The position numbers and the translations under genes are program-made. 64,000 bases of DNA from assembly GCF_018350175.1 (NCBI RefSeq), contig NC_058382.1, positions 57,972,001-58,036,000 on the forward strand. Direction: 5' to 3'. Numbering within the stretch: position 1 is the stretch's first letter; each line of letters opens with the position of its first letter. Shown in pieces: positions 36,258 to 47,116 of the stretch. The stretch is from Felis catus (lineage: Eukaryota). Below the pieces are notes generated by a model. That model was not told where the DNA came from and ran no database searches. It saw only the letters and a program-made list of their open reading frames with translations.

Positions 36258-37949
36258 GAGGCGCCTTATGTTACAGAGCTGACACCTGAGGTCCTGAGGT
36301 CCTGTCGCCTCCCAGCCCAGCTCGGGATGCGTGAGGAGGCAGGTCCCCATCCTCCCGGGGCGCTTGTGCTAAGCCTGCCCACTTTGGAGCCAGACCAGGT
36401 TTGGACGTGACTCGGACCCCATCCAGCTGTGCACCTTGCCTGCCCTCTCTGAGCCTCGTCTGTGCATCAGTTAAACGGGGCTGATGGTCTCCACTCGAAG
36501 GGTGGCGGAGGGCTCGGTGCAGGGGGCCCAGGCCAGCGCCCGGGCTGCACAGACGCCATGTCGCCTGTGTTCCCCGCACGGCCTCTCGGTTCCTCCCGTC
36601 GCCCTGGGGCCCAAACACGCACACCTCTTCCCGCCTCCACGCCCAGCTCCAACTCAGGTGCCCTGGGAGTGTTCCTACCGTGGAAATGGGCAGGTGCTAC
36701 GAATCCGTGTTGTTGTTTCGGTGTTGTTTCTGCGTTTCGGCGAGCTGGTGGTTAAGCATTTACCGCACCCCATCGGGGGAGGGCTGTGGGTGACTCTCTG
36801 AAGGAAACGTGTCTTTTCGCTGGTGTTACACCCCCCCCACCCCCCGCCCGGGGCCGCCACGGAGGAACAGGCCACACAGCCCTTCAGCGACAGAACGGGG
36901 GTTCAAGCCGAAGTCCGCAAGAATCCCGAACCCTTTGCTTTAGCTACCGAGCCCTGCAGAGAGAGTCAGGGAGGGCTTCCTAGAGGTGGCGGGGCTCACA
37001 GCCAGGCCCCCCCCAAAGGACTCTCTCCCCCAGATCTATCCCCAGCGCTTGCTTTAGGACTAAATGGGCCAGCCCCTCTTCGTGGCGTCCTCCCCAAACC
37101 CTTCCCGGCCCGGGCAGCCTGCCCATCCTTTGTGGTGGCTGCTGGGGAGGGAGCCAGCCCCTGGAAGGCCGCTCATCTCTCCCAGCGGCTGTCGGCAACC
37201 CCAGTCCGTCCGCTGAGTTCCCTGCTGCCCCCCACCGCGACACCGCCGGCCAGCCCGCCGTGACCCGTCCTGGTGCTCCCGCGGCCACCCTGCTGCCTGC
37301 ACCTCGGAGCTCCATGCTTCTAAGGGCCCACAGATTTCCTGGCACCCAGGGGTTTCATGCCTTCCTGGTCACACGTGCACATGGCTTCCGCCCCTCCCCA
37401 GCCACCCTCCTGTCCCCTCTCCTCCTTCCAGAATCCCGCAGCCCTCGGTGGCGCCCCTGCTGGACCTGGCTCTGCTCACAGGCCTCGGTCGCCTGTCTGC
37501 TGGCCGGGTTCTGATGCCAACAGAAGGAACCAGTGGAGCTGGGCGGCCTGGGGGTGAGCCCAGGGGGCCTGGGGGTGAGCACGGAACTGCCCGAAGCCCC
37601 CAGGGTGACAGGGACCAGGGCTGTGCCTGGGTCCTGGGCTGGGTCCTCTCTGGGGCAAAGGTGACAGCAGACGGGCCTCAGCACCACCCTCCCGAGTGCT
37701 GAGCCTGTGCGCACGGCTTCTGATCTTGTACTCGCGGTGGCCTGGTGAGGGGGGGGGGGCTGTCCCTGGAGTTTCACTGATGGGGAAACAGGCCCAGAGA
37801 GGCCCCCGGTGGCCTGCTGCTGGTGGGGGTTGGGGGCAGTGGCGGCGGGTGTCATGTGAGGGGAGACTCGTGCCCGTAGCCCCGCCAGTGCTGGGGCGGG
37901 AAAGGGGGCTCCGGGAGCAGGAGGCATCAGGCAGCCGCCCCCCCCCACC

Positions 37950-38082
37950 TGCTCTTAGAAAAACCCAGATGCCAGCGATGCCTGGGGATTCGGGTTCAAC
38001 TGGTCTGGGGTGAAGCCCGAGCTCAGCTGGTAACTTGCAAAGTTCCCCCAACTGACGGTAATGCACAGCTAGGCTGGGGACA
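37950..38082. mobile_element. MER5A-like remnant
   Basis: ttagaaaaacccagatgcc...actggtctggggtgaagccc...aagttccccc. Confidence 0.55.
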
Positions 38083-38150
38083 CACAAGCGTCTTGAGGCT
38101 GTTGTAACAAACGATCATGAACCTAGTGGCTTAAAAACAGCACACATTTA

Positions 38151-38567
38151 GGGGGGCCTGGAGGCACAGTCCCTTGAACGTCTCTCTCTTTTTTTTAATT
38201 TTTTTAACGTTTATTTATTTTCAAGAGAGAGACAGAGTGTGAGCAGGAGAGGGGCAGAGAGAGAGCGGGAGACACAGAATCTGAAACAGGCTCCAGGCTC
38301 TGAACCGTCAGCACAGAGCCCGACGCGGGGCTTGAACCCACAAACTGTGAGATCATGAGCTGAGTCGAAGCCAGATGCTCAGCTGACTGAGCCACCCACG
38401 TGCCCGAGCGTCCAACTCTTGATTTCAGCTCAGGTCATGATCTCAGGGTTGCGGGATCAAGCCCCAAGTCAGGCTCTGAGCTGAGCGTGGAACCTGCTTA
38501 TGATCCTTTCTCTGTCCCTCTCCCCAACTCGTGTGCGCTCTCTCTCCTCTCAAAAAAAAAAAAAAAA
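38151..38567 (+). mobile_element. Older Can-SINE (outer), interrupted
   Basis: Head 38151-38190 resumes at 38406 (ctcttgatttcagctcaggtcatgatctca) through poly-A. Confidence 0.9.
38191..38405 (-). mobile_element. Can-SINE nested antisense in outer SINE
   Basis: Imperfect TSD gaacgtctctctctt (38176-38190) / gagcgtccaactctt (38406-38420). Confidence 0.92.
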
Positions 38568-39239
38568 TCCTCGCATTTATTACATTAATAAAAATTGTGC
38601 CTGGGTAATTTCTGAATAGTAGTGTCTGGAAGCCAGAAGTTCAACATCAACCTCACGGGACTCAAATCAAGGAAGGTGTTAGCAGGGCCGCTTCCTTCCG
38701 GAGGCTCCTTGGGAGAATCTCTTCCTGTCCTTTTTCAGTTTCCAGAGGACTCCGGCCCTTAGGGAGAGAGACACGGGAGGGGAGCCCCGCTTGGGGACGT
38801 GCATCCCTTTGACCTGACAGTTTTGCTGCCAGGACCACGTCCCCCGCTGTCGCTCTCCCCAGAGGGGATCTCGGCGGGGGGGGGGGGGGGCAGCGGGCGC
38901 GTCCCAGAGCAGCCTGACCCGCGTCGCCCAGGCCCTGTGCACCTGGCGGGACCGCAGGCGCCGGTGTTCCGCCAGAGAGGGTGGCCTTGAAGTAAGCCGA
39001 GCCGTGCGAGGACGTCCATGCGGCGGGCAGGGCTGGAAACCCCCAGAGGTGCTTCGGCGGGGCCCAGGAGCAGATGGTTTGCGTCTTGACAGGTACGAAC
39101 GGGTGCGCACACCCACACGTGCGTGCACGGCAGATTTGCGGGGAGGCACGGCCCGCTGTGGACAGCGGCCGCTCCTGGACGTCTGAGGGACCCTCACTTT
39201 GTGCTCCACGCTGTTTGGCCCTCTTAAAGCATGTGTCTC

Positions 39240-39442
39240 GGGGCGCCGGGGTGGCTCCGTTGGTTGAGCATCTGACTTGGGCTCAGGTCATGATCTCACG
39301 GTTTGGGAGTTCGAACCCCCGTGTCGGACGTTGTGCCGACAACACAGAGCCTGCTTCAGGTCCCCTGTCCCCGCCTCTCTGCACCTCCCCCGTGTGCATT
39401 CTGTCTCTGTCTCTCTCAAAAATAAGCGTTAAAAAAAAATTA
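39240..39442 (+). mobile_element. Can-SINE, first of head-to-tail pair
   Basis: SINEC head/tail; atgtgtct duplicated before each head. Confidence 0.92.
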
Positions 39443-39457
39443 AAAACTATGTGTCTT

Positions 39458-39671
39458 GGGGCGCCTGCGTGGCTCAGTTGGTCAAGCGTCTGATTCTTGA
39501 TTTCGACTCAGGTCACGGTCTGACAGTTCGTGGGTTCTGGCCCCCGCATCGATCGGGCCCTGCGCTCATGGTGCGGAGCTTGCTTGGGATTCTCTCTCTC
39601 CCTCTCTCTCCCCTGCTCATGCTCACCGTGTCTCTCAAAATAAATAAATAACTAAGCTTGAAAGAAAAAAA
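39458..39671 (+). mobile_element. Can-SINE, second of head-to-tail pair
   Basis: ggggcgcctgcgtggctcagttgg head; aaaataaataaata tail. Confidence 0.92.
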
Positions 39672-40120
39672 GGAAGCTTCCTATCACGGCCGGCCGTGGG
39701 AGGGCTGCTTTTGCCAACAGTGTCCCCACACCTGCCCCATTATTGTTGTCGTTGCAGAGGGGCTTCCTGACTGACCCCTTTTTGGCCCTTTCGATGGGAT
39801 TTGTGGAGATAAAGCTACCTGCCTGCATCTTGGTTTTAAAGCAGTTACATTACGTTTCTTAAATATTTAATTCTTGAAATAGCCCTTATCACTCCCTCCC
39901 ACTACCAGTTAATTTAAGTGCTTTTTCTATGTGTGTGTACCAGAATGGGTACAGATGGGGACTTCCAGTAGAAGAAGTTGTCGTCGCCCCCCCCCCCCCG
40001 CCCCTGCCGGAGGGAGGAGGTGGGGGTGGGGGGCCCTGCCTCGGGGTCCAGTCTGGCAGTTCCAGGAGATGAACCCTAGGTGGCGCCAAACCCCCAAACC
40101 TGCAGTTTGCCTTGCTTACC

Positions 40121-40122
<2 letters not shown>

Positions 40123-40171
<49 letters not shown>

Positions 40172-40180
40172 CGCACGCGT
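40123..40180. repeat. (GT)n(GC)n alternating purine-pyrimidine tract
   Basis: Directly seen. Confidence 0.97.
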
Positions 40181-41714
40181 CTGTGCAGGGGCATGGGGGG
40201 GGGGGTGGCTGTCTCCTGCCCCCACCTCACCCGTCCTCAGACGCGATTAGCAGATGTCCAGGGCCAGGCTGTGATTTATGTTCCTGGTCGCCTAATTATT
40301 CCCAGCCCCGGCGGAGGAAAAATAAAATGCTTTGCAGGACTAGGGAGCCCGAATTCCCGGCCGGGGGGGCTCCGGGACACTGGGCCCAGCCCACCAGACC
40401 TGCCTGGGCCGGGAAGGGAGGCTGGGGGACAGCCTGGAAAGGATGAGAGAGCTCTCTCTGGGGAGCAGACCTGGGTGTGGGGGGGGGGTGTCTGTCACCA
40501 CTCCTGAAGGCTGGGAGGTGTGGGGGTCAGCCTTCCTTCCAGGAGCTGTGGCCCACGTGTGCCCCACACTCAGCCCCAGGCAGCTCTGTGGGGGGGCTGG
40601 GTTGGGTCACCCTCGCTGCTGGCCAGGAGGCGGCTTCCCAGGACACCCCTGGTGTGCTGACTGCAGGTGTCCTTGGCTCCCTGCGGGCCTGTGTCTGCCA
40701 TTGGTGCTGTCCCCGCTGCCTAGAAAAGCACCCGGGGGGTAGGGAGTGCTCAGTAAATATTTGTGCTTGGGTTGGATGGACAGACAGGTGGACGGCGGGT
40801 GGTGAGCCCGCGCTTGGGGAGAAGCAGTGAAGCAGTGGGGTCCCCGTGGGTGGCTTTGTTCCGTAAAGGCACCCTGCAGGCGTGGGGCCGCGTCGCACTC
40901 ACCAGAGGGGTCCCGGCCTGGGCTGAGCTCAAGGTGGCTTCTCTGGCCTCCTCCTGGGGAAGGCTCAGGCCCTCGCGCCCTGGGGGCCGCGCTTTGTCCC
41001 TGAACCTCCAGCAGGGGACTTGATGCTCCTGGAAGCACTATGCTGGGGTTCAGGAGCGCGGCCCTGACCTTGGGTCGCTGGCCCTGAGCGCCGGTGTGGG
41101 GCGCCCCAGCCTGGTGGCCTCGGGCAGCCTGGCCACTGGGCCTCTGCGTGGAGGCCCCGTGTTGCCCCGCAGGGCTGCTCCTGGGACCCAGAGCGGGGGT
41201 GCGGGGAGGGGCTGGTCTGGAACTGCCGTGCAGGTACCCGACCCCTGTCTTCTCCTCGGAACGGTGTCGGACACCCACCGTGTGCCCGGCAGCTGGGCCG
41301 GACGTGCACCCGAAGGCCTTCTGCAGAAAGGGCCTGGGCTCCTTTGGGCCGCGGGAGCCTTTGGGGAGCAAATCGCTTGGTGCCGTGGGGTTAAGGCCTG
41401 GTGCGAGCCGCCCTAGAAGGGCTTTCCTGTGGCCCGCCTGCTGCCCCCCAGCCCTTCCTGCCACCCCCCGACCCTGCCTGCCCCTGCCCCCCCACCCTTC
41501 CCGTCTGCCCCCACCCCCACTGTCTGCCCCCGGCCCTGCCCGCCTGCCTGCTTGCCTGCAGGGCTGAGGGCACTGTGGGGCCAGCACCGCTGCGGGGGCA
41601 GGCTGACCGGGATGGGGGGCTCCGGCTACTCATCCGCAGGGGACCCCGATGGGCAGGTGGGCTGGCCCGTGCAGTGCCCTTCAGAGAGCTCACAGCTGCC
41701 GCCTTGTCCCTGGC

Positions 41715-42414
41715 TCCTCCCCCTCCTCCTCCTCTCCTCCCCATCCGTCCTCCCCACTCCTTCTCCGCTCCCTTCTCCATCCACTTCCTCCCTCCTCCCC
41801 TCCCCCTCCCACTGCTCCTCCCCCCACCCATCGTGCTCCATTTCTCCTCTCCTTCCTCCCTCTCCTCAGCTCCCTCCTGCCTCCCTGGGCCTCCCTCCCT
41901 GCCTCTCTCCCCCACGTCTGTGTATCTGAATGTATTCTTTCTACCTATCCTGTCTCTCCCGGCTCTCCCCTGTCTCCTCCTCCGTGTCTCTGCCATTCTC
42001 ACATCTCTGTCTCTTTCTCTGCTTTTGTTTCTTCCCCTTTTTCTAATTTTTTTTTCAATCTTTATTTATTTTTGAGAGAGAGCATGTGAGCAGGGAAGGA
42101 GCAGAGAGAGAGAGACCCAGAATGCGAAGCAGGCTCCAGGCCCCGAGCCGTCAGCCCAGAGCCCGACGCGGGGCTCAAACTCACGAACTGTGCGATCGTG
42201 ACCTGAACCAGAGTGGGACGCTTAACCGACTGAGCCACCCAGGCGCCCCATCTTCCCTTTTTTCTGTCTGCCCTCCTCTCTCCCTCTTTCCCCCCTCCCT
42301 CTCCTCCTCCTCCCTCTCCCTCTCCCCTTCTTTCCCTCTCTCTCCCTATCCCCTTCCTCTCCCTGCCTTCCTGCTTCTCCTTGTCTCCCTCTCTCTCTCT
42401 TTCTCCCCCTCTCT

Positions 42415-42457
<43 letters not shown>
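41715..42457. repeat. Long polypyrimidine low-complexity tract split by a SINE
   Basis: C/T-rich 41715-42044 and 42250-42457, ending in pure (CT)n. Confidence 0.9.
42045..42249 (-). mobile_element. Can-SINE
   Basis: Antisense SINEC; TSD tcttccc...ttttct on both sides. Confidence 0.93.
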
Positions 42458-42460
<3 letters not shown>

Positions 42461-44639
42461 CAGCTGTTACCTAATAGGCTGTTAATGATGATACAGTAAG
42501 TAGAATGCAGGGTCCTGGGGGAGCCGCCGTGATCTGTGTAACTGGTCTCGAAGGAGACAGAAGTATCTAATATTTACACACAAGCATTAGTCCTTTGGGA
42601 ACCTTATCTCGGCTGGAACGGAGCCGGGAGAGGCGGCTCTGACCGGTTCCGTCTCCCCCCCCCCCCCCGCAAGCCCACTCCGAAGGTCTCTGGTCAGTGG
42701 GAACCCCCCCCTTGGGACCGGTATGCCAGGCCCTGGGCTGAGGGTCCTAGAAGGCACAGGCTCAACGCCGGGGGCGGTCGGCTCGGACCCGCCTGGCTGG
42801 GCGCTGAGCACTCAGCCTCCCCTCCAGCTAGCGCTCGGGGGCATGTCGTGGCCAAGAGCAAGGCCAGTGCTGAAGAACTCAAGACCTGGGGGGGACAGGG
42901 AGACACAGACACAGACAGGAGATGTGGTTGAGCCTCTGGATCCAGCCATGCCTGAAGTCCTTCATGCCCCAGACTCTTCTCTTACCGAATCAACAAAACC
43001 CCCACTTTGCCCAGCCAGCGTGAGGCCCAGTGAACCCTCCTGCCTTAGCCACACACGATGGACTCATAAGCAAGAGTGGCGTTTGTTCATATTTCATCCA
43101 GCAGCCCAAATACCTATCGGAAGGAGCAAGGCTGCTCCAGGGGGAGGGGGCAGGGCCAGGGCCTGCTCCCAGCGGGCCCCTTCTCTAGGGGAACCCCGGC
43201 TTTAGACCTCCCCCGTGGCCTCACGGAAGGAGCCACGGGGCCCAGCAAAGCGAGGTCACTGGGTGGCCCTGACTAGCTCCTGCCACTTGCTGGGTCCGGG
43301 CTGGTCCCACGTAGGCAAGGAGGACGGCGTTGGCCAGCTTCCGAGGCTGGGGGACTGAGACACAGAGCCGGGGAGTAAACCGGGACCCCGAGTTCCGGGC
43401 GGCCGGGGAGCAGCTCTCTCTAAGGGCGTTGCCAGCCTGCAGCACCGGGACCTCGCACGGTGGAAGTCACCGGCAGCGGGACGGCTCTTCAGAGGGGCGC
43501 TCTGGGCTTCCTGCCCCCACGTGGGGCCGGCAGGCGTCCAGGCCAGTGCTCCCACTGCCCAGCTGTCCACCCAGCGAGCGGGACACCGTGGCCTTCCATG
43601 CGGCCGTCCCCAAGCTGCGCCCATAAGTCGTGCTTCCCCAGGTTCTGCGAGCCCCTCGAGCAATTTATCGAATGTGAGGAGGCGGTCGGGGGAGCCCCCA
43701 GTTTCTAGTGGCTGGTCGGTCAGAGGCGTAGGGGACCCGGACTTCAGTCGGCGTGTGACTCAAGGCACTTCCCTGGGACCGAGCCGTCCCCGGCGGGTCG
43801 GGGCCGACCGTGGTCATCAGTGGCAGAACACCCAGCCCGGGTCTGGAGCCTGCAGAGTTGCAGACGTGGTGGTTGGTGTAGCAAAGCCACACGTTTGGTG
43901 TGAGAAGCGTCCTGAGGGTGTTTCCCCGACCGCCTGATGGCCCGGCTTCGCATGAGTTCTCTGTGCCCAGAGGCGAGTGCCAGGCCGCCGCTCGGGCCCA
44001 CGCGGGGGTTCGGCGGGAAGACGGACGGACGGGCCCCCACAGCCCGGCGCCCTGTGGCTGCTGACGCCGTAGGGCTGAGACCGGCGTCGCTGGGTGCCCT
44101 TCCCTGCCTCAGTTTCCTCATCTGTGCAGCAGGGATGACACCAGTCCCTCCTCCTGGGCTGGCGTGGGGTCCACGGGCGAGTGTGCAAGATCTATGGAAA
44201 GGCGCCTGCCTGGACATGCGTCACGCTCTGTGGCGCGTCTTGTTACGTTGGTCACCATCCTGAGGCCGGCCCGAGCTCCCGGCTGTGCCCTCGAGAGACC
44301 CTGCCCTCGTCCCTGCCCATCGCAGGGAGGGAACGCAAGCGGCCTTCCTTTCACGACGAGCTCAGACCCCTTTCTACAGGTCCTTGCCCCGGGTGGCCTT
44401 GTGGCCACCCCCGTGCCACACCGTCCTTGGCAGAGGCCCCTGGGGAGCTCCCCCCGCCGCCGCCCCGAGCCTTCCCCGCCCCGCCACCAAAACCGCCTTG
44501 CCACAGAAGCTGGGCGTCCGCACACACCCGTCTTAGTTCTCTGATCATAAAACGACATGTGCTCATTCCTTTTAATCTTAATAACGTCAAAATCACTCCC
44601 AACATCTGAAAACCATGAGTGCTGTTTCAAGTGCAGTTT

Positions 44640-45560
44640 TTAAAGGGCGACTCACCCGTTCCGAGTTCAGTGGGTTTTAGAATAGTCACAGGGGCACCCG
44701 GGTGGCTCAGTCGGTTAAGCATCCGACTCTTCTCACCTTTCGTGGGTTCGAGCCCCTTGTCGGCTCTGCCCTGACAGCCAGAACCCTGCTTGAGATTCTC
44801 TCTCTCTCCCTCTCTCTCTCTCTCTATCCCTCTCTCTCTCCCTCTCTCTCTCTCTCTATCCCTCTCTCTCTCTCTCTATCCCTCTCTCTCTCTCTCTATC
44901 CCTCTCTCTCTCTCTCTATCCCTCTCTCTCTCTCTATCCCTCTCTCTCTCTCTCTCTCTCTCTCTATCCCTCTCTCTCTCTCTCTATCCCTCTCTCTCTC
45001 TCTATCCCTCTCTCTCTCTCTCTCTCTCTCTCTATCCCTCTCTCTCTCTATCCCTCTCTCTCTCTCTCTATCCCTCTCTCTGCTCCTTCCCCGCTCCTGC
45101 CCTCTCTCTCTTTCTTTCAAAATAAACCAACTTAAAAATACGTACCTTAGAACAGCCACAGATACATGCAGCCATCGCCACTGTCTCATTCTAGAACGTT
45201 TTATCGCCACCCCCCCCCCCAATCCCTTGCCCTTAGCAGCTATTCCCTACTCCTCCGCCTCCCCAGCCACCAGCAGCCACGAATCTGCTGTCTTGGTGGG
45301 TCTGCCTGCTCTGGATGTTAGGTCGTCCCGGCTTCTCTCACCTGGCAGGGTGTCGGGGTCCGTCGACGCCGATGCCGTCGCGGGGGTCAGGGCTCCCTTC
45401 CTCGTGCGGCCGAGTATGTACTTCACGGGATGGATGTGCCACGCGCAGTTTGTCTGCTCACCACTGGTGGGCGTCCGGGCTGTTTCCGCTCCGGGCCGCC
45501 ACCAGTTAGACCTGCCGTGGCCGTGGCGCGTGCAGGTTTTGCGTGGACACGGGTTCGCCT
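44640..45560 (-). mobile_element. L1MB-like 3' remnant split by a SINE
   Basis: ttcagtgggttttagaatagtcacag...gcagccatcgccac...ctagaacgttttatc...cacgaatctgctgtc collinear with antisense L1MB. Confidence 0.75.
44691..45148 (+). mobile_element. Can-SINE with greatly expanded (CT)n/ATCC region
   Basis: TSD agaatagtcaca (44679-44690) / agaacagccaca (45149-45160); about 285 bp of (CT)nATCC units. Confidence 0.93.
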
Positions 45561-46179
45561 TGCTCTTGGGTGCGTCCCCCCCCCCGGGAGTGGGGGTGCC
45601 AGGTGGCACGGTGGCTCCGGGTCTCGGTGCTCTTTTGTGGCAGAATCTCTCCCCGCCGTTCTAGGCCCGCCCCTGGGCTCTGTCCGGCCCTCTCCTGGAC
45701 GCCCCGCCCCCGCCCGGGATAATGTAGCCTGTCCCTACGGGGAAGGTCTTGGGTCTTGTCTGCCACCGTGTCCCGGTCCCGAGTACAGAGGCAGGGGGTC
45801 AGTAAACACTGGAGGGTGGTGGCTGAGCCGGCGGCCTGCCCCCCCCCCCCGGCTCTTTCCTCAGCCCCTCAGCCCCACGCTGAAGCGGCCCCATCAGAGG
45901 CAATGAATTGCCTGCCCCCGTCTGCATCCGGGCCTTGCTCACATTCTGCTGGTCCTCTGGGTAACTAGGCCCTACCATGTGCCAATCTCAGAGAGGCTCC
46001 GTGCTCTCCCCTGCACCCCCCGGGCGGGCCCAGCCAGGCGTGGGGCTGAGCCGGCCGGGCCGGGAGCATCCCCTTGCCTGTGATGTGAGCATGGTCACCT
46101 GTCTGACACAGAGGGGGCTCAATGCTTGTTTGATAGATGGGAACGTAGCGGTCAGGTTGACCTTCCTGTCCCTTGCGCC

Positions 46180-46356
46180 AGCAGTGAACATTTATCCAAC
46201 AGGGTCAGACTGCTGTTTCCTTATGATAAGTGAAAAAAGCCTCAATGCTAGGTTCCCAAGGACTGTAGCCTCCCGCCGGGCCACGCCCCCGCCGGGCCAC
46301 GCCCTCGCACTAGGCCACGCCCCTCAAGGCCACGCCCTCTCACCAGGCCACACCTT
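46180..46356. promoter_or_regulatory. GATA site plus homotypic KLF/SP (GGCCACGCCC) array
   Basis: TGATAA 46224; GGCCACGCCC at 46279, 46295, 46313, 46328; GGCCACACC at 46346. Confidence 0.55.
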
Positions 46357-46670
46357 CCTGCTCTCCTCCTCCTCTGCGGCTCCTCAAATAGGTTTTCTTC
46401 CAGCGCGTCCTGGCTGGAAGATGTCTGTGCCACCCCAGAAGGTGGCCAAGGGAGCATGAGCCCGGAAAGTGCCCAGGAACGCGGACGACAAAACTGAGCC
46501 CCACGCTGTGAGGCTGATTCCAGGCGCACAGCTCACTGTCCAAATCTCGATGTCCGCGTCTGTAAGGGGGGGGGCCCAAGTCACCTGTCTCCGGTGTCTG
46601 GTGAGGATCTGTCAGTTCACGGTCTCGGAGCACTTCTGTGTGCCAGGCCCTGTGCCGAGCCCTGTCGGTG

Positions 46671-47116
46671 TGTGGAGGGGCCGGATGGTGTTTCCTCAGG
46701 TGTATGTTTGCCCGGAACCTGAGAGAAGGTGACCTTATTGAGAAGGAGCGTCTTTGCAGATGTAACTAGTTAAAATGAGGTCGTACTGAGTTAGTGTGGC
46801 CCTAAATCCAATGACTCATGTCCTTATAAGAAGAGGGGACTTGGACACAGACAGAACGGCACGTGAAGACAGCCACGTGGGGAGAGGGCCACGTCAAGAC
46901 GGAGGCAGAGATTGGAACTCGTGGCCGCAGACGGCCGGCGGCCATCAGAAGCAGCAAGGGGCAAGGAAGGGCCGTCCCCTAGAGCCTTCGAAGGCAGCAC
47001 GGCCCTGCCCCCACCTTGATTTCAGACCTCTGGCCTCCAGACAGTGTGAGAGGACGCTTCTGTGGTTTTAAGCCCCCCGCCTGTGGTCGTTGGGTGTAAG
47101 CCCTGGAAAAGTAACG
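46671..47116 (+). mobile_element. MLT1B/C solo LTR, near full length
   Basis: gtctttgcagatgtaactagttaaaatgaggtc...ccctaaatccaatgact...ccttataagaagagg...ccttgatttcagacctctggcctccaga. Confidence 0.9.

Larger units (their letters stand above)
38090..39040 (-). mobile_element. MLT1C/D-like LTR hosting nested SINEs
   Basis: gctgttgtaacaaa...tagtggcttaaaaacagcacacattta, resuming tctggaagccagaagttcaacatcaa...ggaggctccttgggagaatctcttcc. Confidence 0.7.

Noticed and set aside
37545..37580. Short tandem duplications (also 60718-60749)
   Set aside because: Ordinary slippage duplications with no further signal
1881..45560. L1 orientation bias (4 of 5 remnants on minus) as evidence of a + strand host gene
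   Set aside because: Too few elements, and L2/LTR orientations are mixed
44702..45664. 320-aa Ser/Leu-rich ORF
   Set aside because: SINE (CT)n expansion plus antisense L1
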